Assembly: GCA_032718475.1 (NCBI GenBank)
Contig: JAUCBJ010001222.1
Span: 1 to 32,531 of the forward strand
Reading direction: 5' to 3'
Origin: Nemertoderma westbladi
Taxonomy: Eukaryota; Animalia; Xenacoelomorpha
DNA length: 32,531 nucleotides
In this document: positions 1 through 10,292 of the stretch, in pieces
How positions within the stretch are numbered: position 1 is the first letter of the stretch
Layout: each line of letters starts with the position of its first letter
Notes under the pieces: generated by a model
The model's database searches: none
Told to the model about the DNA's origin: nothing
What the model saw: the letters and a program-made list of their open reading frames with translations, nothing else
Program-made: the position numbers and the translations under genes

Positions 1-6
1 TGGGAA

Positions 7-414
7 GTGGAGAGCAGTGATGTGGACGATCCAACTGAGGGAACACCATACTCCTCAGATAATGACGATATTAACTCCAATGTAGATCAATGGAGACATT
101 GCCTTGGGACGATTAATCCAGCCGACATCGCTTCCAGAGGAGCAACTCCTCAAGAACGGATAGATACTCCCGGCTGGTTAGGTGGACCCGACTCCCTAAG
201 TAAAGAAGAAGATGAATGGCCTCCTCATCTTACCACTGCGGAGATTAGACAGGTCAAGGGAGCGGAGGAAGTAACACGACAGCCTAATCGCCCAGCTGGT
301 CGCTTAGGTTTACTGGAAAGAGACCGAAAACTGTCCGGAAACCATGGAAGGCAAGACACTCTTCCCACGACCACCTCCCTAATACCTCAAACATCTAGGG
401 ACTCCCAAACGTGA
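7..414 (+). mobile_element. Internally deleted BEL/Pao LTR-retrotransposon pol remnant (end of RNase H domain)
   Basis: Translation contains QWRHCLGTINPADIASRG..W..GP..L....EWP, the characteristic BEL/Pao RNase H C-terminal signature (WRHxxxxxNPADxxSRG...WxxGPxxL...WP). Flanking residues do not continue into RT or integrase, implying deletions. Confidence 0.85.
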
Positions 415-429
415 TACGTCTGGAGTGGG

Positions 430-910
430 TGTATGACTATATTATTTTATCTATTTTATTACATTTTATATGCGAACTTTATTATGTACTTTATTATAAT
501 CGTTTTTATTTAATTTTATTTAGTAAAATGTTATTTTAGAATGTTAGTAGATTAGTGCAATATATTAGTGTTTATTACGTACATAATTACTTATAATATA
601 TATTTAGTGCGACGGCAAGAAGTAATTATTTTCTCTTTCCTTACTGTCCGTATTATATTATAAATGCGAGACTATAGTAAGATGACATGTCAGTACTTCT
701 TAAAGTACAGTAAAGCCACTACTATATTTAAGTATTATTGGTAGGCAGAGTATTAGGAATGCAAAGTTCAGATCCTCGTGTCTCGGCTAAACCAAGCTCT
801 GGGTAGACCTTGGAAACGACTTGCCTCTTCACACTGACATTGCTTCGTGCGATATTGCTCTTCTACCTTATAACAAATAATACATATAGTAGCGTGATGT
901 CCCTCTAACA
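430..910 (+). repeat. Probable 3' LTR of the BEL/Pao element
   Basis: Purine-rich GGAGTGGG (422-429, PPT-like) is followed by TGT at 430. TATAAA at 659-664 lies ~30 nt before a TCAGT initiator at 690-694, and the segment ends ...CTCTAACA at 910. No second LTR is in the window, so boundaries are inferred. Confidence 0.55.
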
Positions 911-945
911 GTAGCGTCAATCGCAAATAAATCTGTTAAACTTTT

Positions 946-2012
946 GACCATCTGTAATTCTAGTCGATTAAGATATCGTGGCACCCACCGATATACTTGA
1001 AAGACAAATTCTAGAATCAGTGGTTAACGTCCCCAGACAAGTTCTGGAATAAATTGGTGCCCATCCTAAATATTAATTTAATATTTGTTAAAATCTGTAA
1101 AATCCCGATCCTTTAAAATTTCTAGTCAATTAAGATATCGCAGTATTTACCGATATTCTTAGAAGGACTATTTTACAGAATTAAGGATCCTGAGTCCCCA
1201 GATATGCTCTGGAATAAAATTTATGTCAATTTAATATCAAATAATAAAATTCACGGGAATAAATTTAAATTCATATTCGAATGAATTTCATAAATTGTCA
1301 TTTTGTGCAATTTATAACATTCCCAAAATTCCAGTAATTAATAGATCATGGGAGCGGAGATTCATATTGAGTGTGCTAGAGTGTGAGAATCTCCAACATA
1401 TAGTCAATAGCCGATAAAATTTATAAAATCATGCATAAAGAGGATATTGACAATTAAAGAATTACTATTAAATAACATCCCAGATCTGTATGCATGAGGA
1501 TTGCCCTAATTCTACCGCTAGTTTTCCATAATGTCACCATGGCAACACCCACGCTAGAATTAGAAGCAAGTTAAAAGAACAATAAAAGGCTTGCCCCATT
1601 GCGTAGCATCAGAGTATACATAGCGCGCTATTAGTATCCAAGGATACATAGTAAATACGTGACATTCTGGAAGACACTGACTAACGGACAAATGGTATGC
1701 ATGTGTGCAGTAAGTAATGATTGTATGGAATTTGTGCGTTTATAGGTGAATGTTACTACTAAAGTGTGTTTACAGTAGCTAATCGCAATTGTAAAATAGC
1801 CCTAACTCTACCGAGATAACCTCAAGTGGATTCAAGCCTTTGGGACGGACAGTGGTGGGACTTGTGCCGGTTATCGTTGTCGTGCTGTGCTACATGTTGG
1901 CGTAAACACTGCGACAGCGGTACATCGGCGCTGAGAAACCCACTGTCCGGGGGCAAAAAGCCTAGTAGGAAGCGACGCCCGCTTGCCTAAAATATTAACT
2001 TATGTTGATATT
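946..2012 (+). ncRNA. Putative structured cis-acting RNA region (hairpin array) upstream of the zinc-knuckle ORF
   Basis: Hand-found stems: duplicated module 946-1049/1107-1214; GGAGATTC/GAATCTCC (~1356-1394); TCATGCATA/TATGCATGA (~1429-1497); long rod 1846-1949 with several G-U pairs; hairpins 1966-1989 and 1991-2012. Confidence 0.55.
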
Positions 2013-2032
2013 AATAAACTCAGATAACAGAT

Positions 2033-3481
2033 ATGACGGAATTGATAGAAGATGACCTTGGTATTAGAGAGCGATATACTCTACCTTTACAAGCATTTGT
2101 GGATAGCTTGATACGCGGTGAAACCGATCCAACCATTACGGAGGACGATGGTCGTTATATCGAACCGCCGACGTCCCAAGAGCAACTTACGCGTGAATTG
2201 GACTATCGAAAATTAACCGCTCGCTATACGCATCGCAATGGTACGTATCTGGACTTCTTAACTACCGGCCATCCTATCGATTTACATGATACGGACGATG
2301 TAGACACCGAAAGGGAAATGGTTCTATTTAAATATCATACCCAGCGGCGTCGTAACGATAAACCGAGAATAGATCACGAAAATTCTATTCGTAACAGACT
2401 GGGAAGACGAACCAATATGTCTAGAATCTGAGGAGATTCAGCCTATCGCGCTCGGAACAGCGACAACGATTACATCCTAGAATGGTATCAAGGTCCATAG
2501 TGTCTCACTGCGTACGATTATCGCCATGCCAACTATGTTTCTCGGCAACGTTATCGGTTATGCGCATCGAGAGACCATGTTACGCCCATGGACACAAACG
2601 TCCGCTGTTCCTATTTCCACGAACAACCGGCGATGGAAATTTATTGCGCGTATTGCAGATTTAATAATTTGCACATTTTTGCGGTTTGCCCTCAATTTAT
2701 GACTCAATGCCATCATTGTCAACTAAAAGGACACGCCAGCTTTGATTGTCCCTTTAACCATGATTTAGAGAGCGTAGATGAAATGATTGTACTACGTTAT
2801 ATCAGAGCTTGGGAAGCGAACGCTGATTTACATTGTGACTCACGCCATCGCTATTATCCCGGACGCGCCTACGAAGGAGTTTATGCGTTCCATCCATATT
2901 TGTTTGCCTCCGTCGAGCAGAAATCGCGCCTATCAAGTTATGAACTATTGAAGCGCGTTGGAGAATGTATTTCAACCAAATATGTACGTAAATTTCTCAG
3001 GAGCATTAATCCGAGTGACATCCAGTCTTACAACTTAATAAACTTTATCCGTCAGGACCCTGCCTATGGAGACTTATTCGTCAACTCACACCCTGAGTTA
3101 CAAGAAGTATATCGACGGCCTTACGAGTATCGAGCCCGCGAACGCGAGTTAGAAAGAACCATTAAACCAAGGAAGTTTCTAACTGCCTATGGTCCACCCA
3201 CGGCCCTCGTTCAGACCACTCGTAAAGGACCCGTAAGAGCGGCTGTCTTGAAACGAGCTCTCAAAGCCGTTAGACCCCTCTCCCCTGACGTTGATGTCAA
3301 TCAACCCGGTACTTCGACCGGCGGATATACCGATCGCAATCCCATACCTTCTGATGCAATCATATTGCACCCTTCACCCAGGAGTTATAGCCCTCCTAGT
3401 AAAGTGGCTCGCCCCAAAGAGAAAAGGACTCTTGCTAGCTTCAAAAAACTGCGTAAACGCCGTCCGCGCAAGAAAGACTAA
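2033..3481 (+). pseudogene. Disrupted 482-codon ORF encoding a CCHC zinc-knuckle protein with a basic C-terminal tail, probably retroelement- or virus-derived
   Basis: ORFs 2033-2431 and 2588-3481 are in the same frame, separated only by TGA (2429-2431) and TAG (2498-2500). Knuckles CAYCRFNNLHIFAVC (CX2CX5HX4C) and CHHCQLKGHASFDC (CX2CX4HX4C) lie at ~2645-2749. C-terminus is KKLRKRRPRKKD. No introns are needed. Confidence 0.7.
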
Positions 3482-3739
3482 CTGTTTAGAGTATTTTTGT
3501 ATTTTAGAAACTGTGATTTTGTATATTTTATAGACTTAAATCCCATTTTCTGGGAGCGGTGTAAAAGCTTTTGTGGGATAACTGATACGTTTGCCTTTGC
3601 TGGCCAGTTCCCCCCCAGGCGCTGGAATACTCTAAAAGGGTTCTCTGACTGTATATATATTCCCCTCGCCCGCAAGGTACCTTTACAGGTGTTTTAACGG
3701 ACATAAAAATCATTCTGCTATATACGTGTTTTGGCGGAC

Positions 3740-4240
3740 ATGGTAAGGCAAAAAACTTGTAATGCACCAACTACCTTTCACAGCTTAGCCGTGATGATTC
3801 ATATTACGACATCTAGCAGCTGGTTGCTGACATGGAAACAGCCATTGGACGCGTGGTTCTTTGTTTGGCTTGGGCCAATCAGGGCGGTTTTTCCTGTCGA
3901 CGTGTAGCTTTTCTGCCGATCATAAGGAGAGTGTTCTGTCTTACTGTTTTACTTGTTACTTTGTTGTTATTGCTGTCTAAGCCAGAAACACCGGCCTTTT
4001 GGGAAGAACTCTAGTAAACTGCTTGAATTATCGAAAGTATAAACTGTTACCGAAACAAATCTTAATTAATTAATCAATCAAATCGAAAGACAGCATTAAC
4101 TCACTTAATTTAATTGCATTAATCATATTGTTTGTACTGTTATTTTACCGTCAGTCATTAATTGTACCTATTTGTTGATGGAAATATTGCTATTTGGATA
4201 ATACGGATAAATCACCCAATTCCCAATTTTCTTGATAACA
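3740..4240 (+). repeat. Possible LTR-like terminal segment of the element carrying the zinc-knuckle ORF
   Basis: Starts TG after GGCGGACA, contains CCAAT boxes on both strands (~3844, ~3875) and AGTAAA (~4013), and ends GATAACA at 4240. Weak: no second copy in the window. Confidence 0.25.
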
Positions 4241-4983
4241 CTACAGGTTAGAGAGACCGGCTATACATAACAATTGCGATTTATATTAATGTGGTGTGTA
4301 TTGAATCCAATGTTATTTAGCAGACCCTACGTGAGTCAATTACTGCTCTCTTTATGTGTGATCAAATATACTGACTGTCGGCAGAATAGTGTGTATGATT
4401 GTGATTGGTAACAAAGTATTTCCTAAAGAATACGCTTTATACTTTAATCATAAGCAGTATCGTTGCGTTTAGTATAAGTCTTAGTTCTGTTTAAATAGAT
4501 AAAGCGCCACGTCCTAAAGGAACTGTTAATATTTCCCGAAAGCCAATAATATCTGTCAGAGATTAATTATTAACGATCTATCGAATAATACAGTAAGTTT
4601 ACACTGCAACCTTACACTGTAATAATACAATTCAAGCATCCGAATTCAGTCTCCCGGGTGTAGATCCATCGGGTGAATGATCGCGCATGGGCTGACTTCG
4701 GCTAATGTTTTGCGTATTAGCATAAAATATTGTCGTATGCTAAAGTGGTTTTAATTAACTAGAAGACATATAAATTTTGGCAGGTTAAACTGCTAAAGGT
4801 CTTCAAAAGCGCGAACACCCCCCCCCCCCCCGCCCCCCCCCCCCCCGCCCGAACATTGTTCCTAAAATAACTCTTGGACTCAATGGTGTATGAAAATCTT
4901 CTATTATAATTTCTACAGGACATTTTGTGTAAAGTTTTAATAACTTTATGTTCATTTATAATTATTGGTTTATGTTTCCATAG

Positions 4984-5149
4984 TTCCTGCGAAGTCGGCA
5001 ATTGATTTACCATTTCCACGAACTGTAACCACGGCAACGCCTCTACAACGTCCAACCAGAAGAGTTGTTGCCAAGGAGATTCACGGACGACCGAAGTTGA
5101 CACCGTTGGGAGAATCGGTGGATCCCAAGATACCCCTGGAGAAACAACG
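4984..5149 (+). CDS. Internal coding exon of an SHB/SHD/SHE/SHF-family SH2 adaptor gene (pre-SH2 exon)
   Basis: Acceptor tttatgtttccatAG|, donor CG|GTGAGT. Encodes ..PAKSAIDLPFPRTV...LGESVDPKIPLEKQ(R), resembling SHB-family LGERVDPAVPLEKQ. The phase-2 end joins exon 22120 in frame (CG|A TGG TAC). Confidence 0.88.
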
Positions 5150-8100
5150 GTGAGTGGTAGAAGTAGAACTGGTAGAAGCGGGAGTGGTAGAAGTAGAACT
5201 GTTAGAAACGGGAGTGGTAGAAGTAGCACTGGTAGAAACGGGAGTGGTAGAAGTAGAACTGGTAGAAACGGGATTGGTCGAGGTAGAACTGGTAGAAACG
5301 GGAGTGGTAGAAGTAGAACTGGTAGAAGCGGGAGTGGTAGAAGTGGAACTGGTAGAAACGGGTGTGGTAGAAGTAGAACTGGTAGAAGCGGGAGTGGTAG
5401 AAGTAGAACTGTTAGAAACGGGAGTGGTAGAAGTAGCACTGGTAGAAACGGGAGTGGTAGAAGTAGAACTGGTAGAAGCGGGAGTGGTAGAAGTAGAACT
5501 GGTAGAAACGGGAGGGGTAGAAGTAGAACTGGTAGAAACGGGAGGGGTAGAAGTAGAACTGGTAGAAACGGGAGTGGTAGAAGTAGAACTGGTAGAAGCG
5601 GGAGTGGTAGAAGTAGCACTGGTAGAAACGGGAGTGGTAGAAGTAGAACTGGTAGAAGCGGGAGTGGTAGAAGTAGAACTGGTAGAAACGGGAGTGGTAG
5701 AAGTAGAACTGGTAGAAACGGGAGTGGTAGAAGTAGAACTGGTAGAAACGGGAGTGGTAGAAGTAGAACTGGTAGAAACGGGAGTGGTAGAAGTAGAACT
5801 GGTAGAAACGGGAGTGGTAGAAGTAGAACTGGTAGAAACGGGAATGGTAGAAGTAGGACTGGTAGAAACGGGAGTGGTAGAAGTAGAACTGGTAGAAACT
5901 GGAACGGTAGAAGTAGACCTGGTAGAAGTAGGAGTGGTAGAAACGGGTGTGGTAGAAGTAGACCTGGTAGAAGTAGGAGTGGTAGAAGCGGGAATAGTAG
6001 AAGTAGAACTGGTAGAAACGGGAATGGTAGAAGTAGCACTGGTAGAAACGGGAGAGGTAGAAGTAGGACTGGTAGATACGGGAGTGGTAGAAGTAGAACT
6101 GGTAGAAACGGGTGTGGTAGAAGTAGAACTGGTAGAAACGGGAGTGGTAGAAGTAGAACTGGTAGAAACGGGAGAGGTAGAAGTAGAACTGGTAGAAACG
6201 GGTGTGGTAGAAGTAGAACTGGTAGAAACTGGTGTGGTAGAAGTAGAACTGGTAGAAACGGGAGTGGTAGAAGTAGAACTGGTAGAAACGGGAGAGGTAG
6301 AAGTAGGACTGGTAGAAACGGGAGTGGTAGAAGTAGAACTGGTAGAAACGGGTGTGGTAGAAGTAGAACTGGTAGAAACGGGAGTGGTAGAAGTAGAACT
6401 GGTAGAAACGGGAGAGGTAGAAGTAGAACTGGTAGAAACGGGTGTGGTAGAAGTAGAACTGGTAGAAACTGGTGTGGTAGAAGTAGAACTGGTAGAAACG
6501 GGAGTGGTAGAAGTAGAACTGGTAGAAACGGGAGAGGTAGAAGTAGGACTGGTAGAAACGGGAGTGCTAGAAGTAGAACTGGTAGAAACGGGAGAGGTAG
6601 AAGTAGGACTGGTAGAAACGGGAGTGGTAGAAGTAGAACTGGTAGAAACGGGTGTGGTAGAAGTAGAACTGGTAGAAACGGGAGTGGTAGAAGTAGAACT
6701 GGTAGAAACGGGAGTGGTAGAAGACTGGTAGAAACGGGTGTGGTAGAAGTAGAACTTGTAGAAACGGGAGTGGTAGAAGTAGAAGTGGTAGAAACGGGAG
6801 TGGTAGAAGTAGAACTGGTAGAAACGGGAGTGGTAGAAGTAGAACTGGTAGAAACGGGTGTGGTAGAAGTAGAACTGGTAGAAACTGGTGTGGTAGAAGT
6901 AGAACTGGTAGAAACGGGAGTGGTAGAAGTAGCACTGGTAGAAACGGGAGTGGTAGAAGTAGGACTGGTTGAAACGGGAGTGGTAGAAGTAGAACTGGTA
7001 GAAGTAGGAGTCGGTAGAAACGGATGTGGTAGAAGTAGAACTGGTAGAAACGGGAGAGGTAGAAGTAGGACTGGTAGAAACGGGTGTGGTAGAAGTAGAA
7101 CTGGTAGAAACCGGAGTGGTAGAAGTAGGACTGGTAGAAACGGGAGTGGTAGAAGTAGAACTGGTAGAAGTAGGAGTCGGTAGAAACGGATGTGGTAGAA
7201 GTAGAACTGGTAGAAACCGGAGTGGTAGAAGTAGGACTGGTAGAAACGGGAGTGGTAGAAGTAGAACTGGTAGAAGTAGGAGTGGTAGAAACGGGAGTGG
7301 TAGAAGTAGGACTGGTAAATACGGGAGTGGTAGAAGTAGAACTGGTAGAAACGGGAACGGTAGAAGTAGAACTGGTAGAAACGGGAGTGGTAGAAGTAGA
7401 ACTGGTAGAAACGGGATTGGTCGAGGTAGAACTGGTAGAAACGGGAGTGGTAGAAGTAGAACTGGTAGAAACGGGAGAGGTAGAAGTAGGACTGGTAGTA
7501 ACGTGAGTGGTAGAAGTAGAACTGGTAGAAACGGGTGTGGTAGAAGTAGGACTGGTAGAAACGGGAGTGGTAGAAGTAGAACTGGTAGAAACGGGAGTGG
7601 TAAAAGTAGAACTGGTAGAAACGGGAACGGTAGAAGTAGAACTGGTAGAAACGGGAGGGGTAGAAGTAGAACTGGTAGAAACGGGTGTGGTAGAAGTAGG
7701 ACTGGTAGAAACGGGAGTGGTAGAAGTAGAACTGGTAGAAACTGGTGTGGTAGAAGTAGAACTGGTAGAAACGGGTGTGGTAGAAGTAGAACTGGGAGTG
7801 GTAGTGGAAACGGCAGTGGTAGAAGTAGAACTGGTAGAAACGGGAGTGGTAGAAGTAGAACTGGTAGAATCGGGAGTGGTAGAAGTAGAACTGGTAGAAA
7901 CGGGAGTGGTAGAAGTAGGACTGGTAGAAACGGGTGTGGTAGAAGTAGAACTGGTAGAAACGGGAGTGGTAGAAGTAGAACTGGTAGAAACGGGAGTGGT
8001 AGAAGTAGAACTGGTAGAAACGGGAGTGGTAGAAGTAGAACTGGTAGAAACGGGTGTGGTAGAAGTAGAACTGGTAGAAACGGGAGTGGTAGAAGTAGAA

Positions 8101-8169
8101 CTGGTAGAAACGGGAGTGGTAGAAGTAGAACTGGTAGAAATGGGTGTGGTAGAAGTAGAACTGGTAGAA

Positions 8170-8445
8170 TAAAAAAAAGTAAATTTTCTTCGGCCGCTAG
8201 GCCAGGGATTACGCACAAAGTCTGACGACTTATTTCCAGTTCGGTCCCCCCAGAACTTTACTCCCCAAAGGAAACTCCAGTACTCATTTAGCTACAACTT
8301 AAGGATACAAGGCAGAGATGCGCCCTGGCTGGTCCCTTTAAAGCATTCGTGCCGAAACGAAAACTGCCCTGGCCCATGTGAGGATCGAACCCACGACCTA
8401 CAGGAGAAGTGAATTCAATGCAACCACTACACCAAGGTGGAACCT
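8170..8445 (-). mobile_element. tRNA-derived SINE inserted in the minisatellite (copy 1)
   Basis: Minus strand begins AGGTTCCACCTTGGTGTAGTGGTT (A box) ... GGTTCGATCC (B box), has a unique body, a small AAGTC/GACTT stem-loop near the 3' end and a TTTACTTTTTTTT tail. Confidence 0.85.
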
Positions 8446-10016
8446 AACGGGAGTGGTAGAAGTAGGACTGGTAGAAACGGGTGTGGTAGAAGTAGAACTG
8501 GTAGAAACGGGAGCGGTAGAAGTAGAACTGGTAGAAACGGGAGTGGTAGAAGTAGAACTGGTAGAAACGGGAGTGGTAGAAGTAGAACTGGTAGAAACGG
8601 GAGTGGTAGAAGTAGGACTGGTAGAAACGGGTGTGGTAGAAGTAGAACTGGTAGAAACGGGAGTGGTAGAAGTAGAACTGGTAGAAACGGGAGTGGTAGA
8701 AGTAGAACTGGTAGAAACGGGAGTGGTAGAAGTAGAACTGGTAGAAACGGGTGTGGTAGAAGTAGAACTGGTAGAAACGGGAGTGGTAGAAGTAGAACTG
8801 GTAGAAACGGGATTGGTAGAAGTAGAACTGGTAGAAATGGGTGTGGTAGAAGTAGGACTGGTAGAAACGGGAGTTTTAGAAGTAGAACTGGTAGAAACGG
8901 GTGTGGTAGAAGTAGGACTGGTAGAAACGGGAGTGGTAGAAGTAGAACTGGTAGAAACGGGAGTGGTAGAAGTAGGACTGGTAGAAACGGGTGTGGTAGA
9001 AGTAGAACTGGTAGAAGTAGGAGTCGGTAGAAACGGATGTGGTAGAAGTAGAACTGGTAGAAACCGGAGTGGTAGAAGTAGGACTGGTAGAAACGGGAGT
9101 GGTAGAAGTAGAACTGGTAGAAGTAGGAGTGGTAGAAACGGGAGTGGTAGAAGTAGGACTGGTAAATACGGGAGTGGTAGAAGTAGAACTGGTAGAAACG
9201 GGAACGGTAGAAGTAGAACTGGTAGAAACGGGAGTGGTAGAAGTAGAACTGGTAGAAACGGGATTGGTCGAGGTAGAACTGGTAGAAACGGGAGTGGTAG
9301 AAGTAGAACTGGTAGAAACGGGAGAGGTAGAAGTAGGACTGGTAGTAACGTGAGTGGTAGAAGTAGAACTGGTAGAAACGGGTGTGGTAGAAGTAGGACT
9401 GGTAGAAACGGGAGTGGTAGAAGTAGAACTGGTAGAAACGGGAGTGGTAAAAGTAGAACTGGTAGAAACGGGAACGGTAGAAGTAGAACTGGTAGAAACG
9501 GGAGGGGTAGAAGTAGAACTGGTAGAAACGGGTGTGGTAGAAGTAGGACTGGTAGAAACGGGAGTGGTAGAAGTAGAACTGGTAGAAACTGGTGTGGTAG
9601 AAGTAGAACTGGTAGAAACGGGTGTGGTAGAAGTAGAACTGGGAGTGGTAGTGGAAACGGCAGTGGTAGAAGTAGAACTGGTAGAAACGGGAGTGGTAGA
9701 AGTAGAACTGGTAGAATCGGGAGTGGTAGAAGTAGAACTGGTAGAAACGGGAGTGGTAGAAGTAGGACTGGTAGAAACGGGTGTGGTAGAAGTAGAACTG
9801 GTAGAAACGGGAGTGGTAGAAGTAGAACTGGTAGAAACGGGAGTGGTAGAAGTAGAACTGGTAGAAACGGGAGTGGTAGAAGTAGAACTGGTAGAAACGG
9901 GTGTGGTAGAAGTAGAACTGGTAGAAACGGGAGTGGTAGAAGTAGAACTGGTAGAAACGGGAGTGGTAGAAGTAGAACTGGTAGAAATGGGTGTGGTAGA
10001 AGTAGAACTGGTAGAA

Positions 10017-10292
10017 TAAAAAAAAGTAAATTTTCTTCGGCCGCTAGGCCAGGGATTACGCACAAAGTCTGACGACTTATTTCCAGTTCGGTCCCCCCAG
10101 AACTTTACTCCCCAGAGGAAACTCCAGTACTCATTTAGCTACAACTTAAGGATACAAGGCAGAGATGCGCCCTGGCTGGTCCCTTTAAAGCATTCGTGCC
10201 GAAACGAAAACTGCCCTGGCCCATGTGAGGATCGAACCCACGACCTACAGGAGAAGTGAATTCAATGCAACCACTACACCAAGGTGGAACCT
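10017..10292 (-). mobile_element. tRNA-derived SINE (copy 2, part of the 1847-bp tandem duplication)
   Basis: Identical to 8170-8445 except one visible substitution (A8268 vs G10115), with identical flanks. Confidence 0.85.

Noticed and set aside
4640-4763. Helitron 3' end (hairpins followed by CTAG)
   Set aside because: Hairpins exist, but the spacing and flanking base are atypical and no 5' end was identified.
4919-5149. Signal-peptide-like exon (DILCKVLITLCSFIIIGLCF...) leading into the GRSRT frame
   Set aside because: An in-frame TGA follows at ~5003, and the alternative frame matches the SHB family.
8215-8280. Hammerhead ribozyme (CTGACGA ... GAAAC) in the SINE
   Set aside because: CTGACGA lies within a small AAGTC/GACTT hairpin, and I could not build stems I-III with the required geometry.
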